From Candidatus Eiseniibacteriota bacterium (GTDB lineage: Bacteria; Eisenbacteria; RBG-16-71-46): a DNA stretch of 64,000 nucleotides. Position 1 is the stretch's first letter; every line of letters begins with the position of its first letter. Below, in pieces: positions 60,413 through 64,000 of the stretch. The notes beneath the pieces were generated by a model. The model was not told where the DNA came from. It searched no databases and saw only the letters and a program-made list of their open reading frames with translations. The translations under genes and the position numbers were made by a program. The stretch covers positions 384,001-448,000 of the forward strand of contig OY970178.1 in the NCBI GenBank assembly GCA_963707915.1. Reading direction: 5' to 3'.

Positions 60413-61873
60413 ATGCGCAAGGCTGGAACGTTCCTTCTCGTCTGTGCCGGGATTCTGTGCCTGCTGCACGAGACCGTCGACGCGCAAGTGCCGCCTGCTC
60501 CCCGAGGCGCAGAGCAACCAATGCTGGCTTCGCTGGATTGGCGCAACGTCGGCGGACACAACTATGTCAGCGGCGTTCGCGACCAGGGACAGTGCGGCTC
60601 CGACTGGGCCTTCGTGACGGTCAGCATGCTCGAGTCGGCGCTGATGATCCGGCTCGGACTGCCCGACGTCGACCTGGACTACTCCGAACAGCGCCTCCTT
60701 TCCTGCGGCATTCCCTATAGCGGCTGTAATGGCGGCCAACCGTCCGGTGCTCTGAACTACCTTCGGGACACCGGCACGCCGCGCGAGACGTGCTTCCCGT
60801 ACCAGGCGAATGACCAGGTGCCCTGCAGTGCGGCTTGCGCGGACGCCGCGAACCAGATCCGGCGTCTGCAGAGCTGGCGGTGGGTCGGCGGGTACACGGG
60901 AGCGCCCATCGATTCCCTGAAGGCGGCGCTCGCTTACGGGCCGATCGGGGTCTGGATGGACGTCTACGACGACTTCTACCACTACGCGGGCGGAGTCTAT
61001 TGGCATGTTCCGGGAGGAAGCCCCGTGGGTAGCCACTATGTCCTCGTCATCGGCTATGACGACGCCCAGCAGTACTGGATCGTGAAGAACAGCTGGGATA
61101 CCTGGTGGGGCGACCAGGGCTTCTTCCGCATCGCGTATGTGAACAATTGCAGGTTCGGGGACTGGGCGACGGCATGCACGGCGGCGATTCCCCCGATCAA
61201 CTGGTGCAACCTGCAGTGGCCGCCGGCGTTGAACGCGACCGCCGGTGTGGCGAGCGACCTGGTCTTCGGGCAGCTGTGGATCGATGTCGTGACGAGTCAC
61301 CCGGGCGCGACGCCCGAACTCGTGGCCGAACTGGGCTACGGACCGGACGGGAGCGATCCGTCCGCGGACCCGGCCGGATGGCAGTGGACGCCGGCCGCGT
61401 ACAACCTCGACGTCGGCGCCAACGACGAGTTCATGGCCAGGGTCACCGTGGCCACGCCCGGGGAGTACGACTACTGCTACCGTTACTCGTACTTCGGCGG
61501 ACCGTGGCGGTACGCCGACCTGGACGGCACCAACAACGGTTACTCGCCGGCCCAGGCCGGGGCGCTCACCGTGACCTCGGCGAGTGCGGCGGAGGACGGA
61601 CTTCCGGCACAGCTGTCGTTCGCGCTGCAGGGCGGAAACCCGTTCGTCGGATCCGCGCGATTCCGCCTCGGACTGCCGCAGCGGACCAGGGTCGAGCTCT
61701 CGATCCACGACGTGACCGGCCGGCGCCTGGCGACACTGGCGTCGGGCGAACTCGACGCCGGCTATCACACGCTGACCTGGGAGGGCGAAGGCACGGTGCA
61801 GGCGGGAGCGTACTTCGCCCGGCTCCACGCCGACGGCAGATCGTTCACACGGAAACTCACGGTGCTGCGTTAG
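60413..61873 (+). CDS. Papain-like (C1A) domain protein, catalytic Cys replaced by Asp, with FlgD-Ig-like C-terminus
   Basis: Motifs LDWRN, RDQGQCGSDWAF, SEQ, GCNGG, HYVLVIGY, WIVKNSW. Signal peptide and GGAGG RBS. Confidence 0.9.
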   Translation: MRKAGTFLLVCAGILCLLHETVDAQVPPAPRGAEQPMLASLDWRNVGGHNYVSGVRDQGQCGSDWAFVTVSMLESALMIRLGLPDVDLDYSEQRLLSCGIPYSGCNGGQPSGALNYLRDTGTPRETCFPYQANDQVPCSAACADAANQIRRLQSWRWVGGYTGAPIDSLKAALAYGPIGVWMDVYDDFYHYAGGVYWHVPGGSPVGSHYVLVIGYDDAQQYWIVKNSWDTWWGDQGFFRIAYVNNCRFGDWATACTAAIPPINWCNLQWPPALNATAGVASDLVFGQLWIDVVTSHPGATPELVAELGYGPDGSDPSADPAGWQWTPAAYNLDVGANDEFMARVTVATPGEYDYCYRYSYFGGPWRYADLDGTNNGYSPAQAGALTVTSASAAEDGLPAQLSFALQGGNPFVGSARFRLGLPQRTRVELSIHDVTGRRLATLASGELDAGYHTLTWEGEGTVQAGAYFARLHADGRSFTRKLTVLR

Positions 61874-61971
61874 GCCGCGCGGAAGTCCGACGTCGATCGC
61901 CACATCGGGGCGGCCGCCTCGTCCTGGCAGCGGACGGGAGAGACGCGGGGGGTTCTGCGAGCGCCTGCGGT

Positions 61972-61994
61972 TGGCGTCGCCAACGGGATTCGAA
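61972..61994 (-). other. tRNA 3'-end fragment (Glu-like), probable att site of an integrative element
   Basis: Minus strand TTCGAATCCCGTTGGCGACGCCA gives a T-loop, 3' T-stem, acceptor strand and G-CCA. No D or anticodon arm upstream. Confidence 0.75.
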
Positions 61995-62973
61995 TCGGAA
62001 CCACCGCTGGGACCAAATGTAAGCAAGGAGAACCAAGCGAATAGCACCAAGGACTTGGCTTCTCGCGGGGGAGGGGACTGTGACCCCTAGTGCCCCTTGG
62101 TGCGCACCCGTTCCCGCACAGTTCCCACACAGCGGACGAGAGATCGCACGACTTCCGTGGGCCCGCTGCGACTTCTGCGGGCGGTTGTTCCCGCTGGCCC
62201 GGTGGAACGGTCGCACCTGCCCAAGATGCACCAGGATCGGCGCTCCAGATCAATCCACGCTGCCTTGGCCGGAGTACCTCCGCCGAGCTCGTCGCTTCCT
62301 GCGGTCCACCGGCCGGCTCGCGCCTCTCGCCGGCACCGCTGCCCAGCTCGAGGCGCATGCGCTGGCGCGAGTGAGCGTCCATGGACCTCCATCACAGCGG
62401 CGAATCTCCCCCACGACGGGCGACCGCCCTCTGGCGAGGGTGTCGGGCTTCCCGGCTTCCCGGTAGGGCTCAGAACGGGGAATCGCACCAGGTCGATTCG
62501 GTGCTGCCAGGGGGAGGCCGGCTCATTGGCGAGCGGGGGGACCCCGGTCGGAGCGCGGGTCTAGGAGAGGGGGTCTCCGCACATTCGCGTTTCCTTCGCG
62601 GCCCCGGAGAAATGGGTCCCACTGGCAGGTGCCGTTCCGAATGGGCCCCCTGGTTTGAGTCCTGTGGATGGGACCCAGGGAGCGGTGGTCATCGGGACGG
62701 GGGCTTCTGCAAACCGCTGGCAGGCTCGCCCCGCCTTCGTGTGCGGCGGTCCTGAAATCGCGCTCCTGGTCCGTCCGATGACCGCAGTACGCTCCGGGTC
62801 GAGTACTTTGCTCCGCCTGCCCGAGCGTGACCGCATGGCGCGCTCCATGCGTAGTGGTGGGCTCTTCTTGCTCCGCAGCGAACTAATCGTAAGCTCCTCC
62901 GACGGTCGCCTGTCGCTTTCCACCTCCCCCGAGCCTGGGCCGCTGCCGGGTACCCCTTACCCGGAGGCTTGCC

Positions 62974-63074
62974 ATGAACCGCACCAGGTCATTCTTCTTC
63001 GTCTGCGCGGGGTTGTTTGGCATCGCGCTCTTGCTGCCGCGCCCGGCGGCTGCGGCCTGGCCCACCGATCCTAG
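62974..63074 (+). pseudogene. 5' end of a secreted-protein gene interrupted by IS3
   Basis: GGAGG RBS, then MNRTRSFFFVCAGLFGIALLLPRPAAA-AWPTDP running into the IS end. Confidence 0.7.

Positions 63075-64000
<926 letters not shown>

Noticed and set aside
61972..62050. Complete tRNA gene
   Set aside because: Only the T-loop to CCA is present. No D-arm, anticodon arm or 5' acceptor strand can be formed.
62580..62735. Structured RNA or riboswitch in the island spacer
   Set aside because: Some stems are present (TGGGTCCCA/TGGGACCCA), but there is no recognisable motif and too little evidence in GC-rich DNA.

Overview
This is a very GC-rich bacterial window. Four secreted proteins share a FlgD-Ig-like C-terminal tag, which suggests Ca. 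Eisenbacteria or a related lineage (inference). Positions ~1-48,200 are mostly housekeeping and metabolic genes: fbp, class II aldolase, xdhC/mocA-like, thyX, acyl-CoA dehydrogenase, ggt, a 2-oxoacid dehydrogenase E1 fusion, penicillin acylase, ROK kinase, miaB, queF, PP2C phosphatase, FprA, M16/S8/S9 peptidases, a 2-oxoacid:ferredoxin oxidoreductase and an extracellular nuclease. This part is interrupted by a CTAG-bounded mobile block (19.1-22.4 kb) and a second intact IS481 (46.1-47.2 kb). Positions ~48,300-64,000 look accessory. They contain a 14-repeat FG-GAP protein, an internally deleted IS1182, a secreted membrane-anchored TPR-CHAT protein with an ECF sigma and a zinc anti-sigma, a papain-like protein with catalytic Cys replaced by Asp, a tRNA-Glu-like 3' att fragment and an IS3 that interrupts a secreted-protein gene. 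Two observations stand out. First, the same promoter-like motif, GTGTGACG-N16-CTCCAA, precedes both the ECF sigma gene and the FG-GAP gene, pointing to a CHAT-protease/ECF signalling circuit. Second, an IS481 has inserted into a tandem array of repeats resembling its own ends, just upstream of an HNH nuclease gene. Three single-base frameshifts in core genes are probably sequencing errors. All product calls come from motif recognition by eye; no database searches were run.
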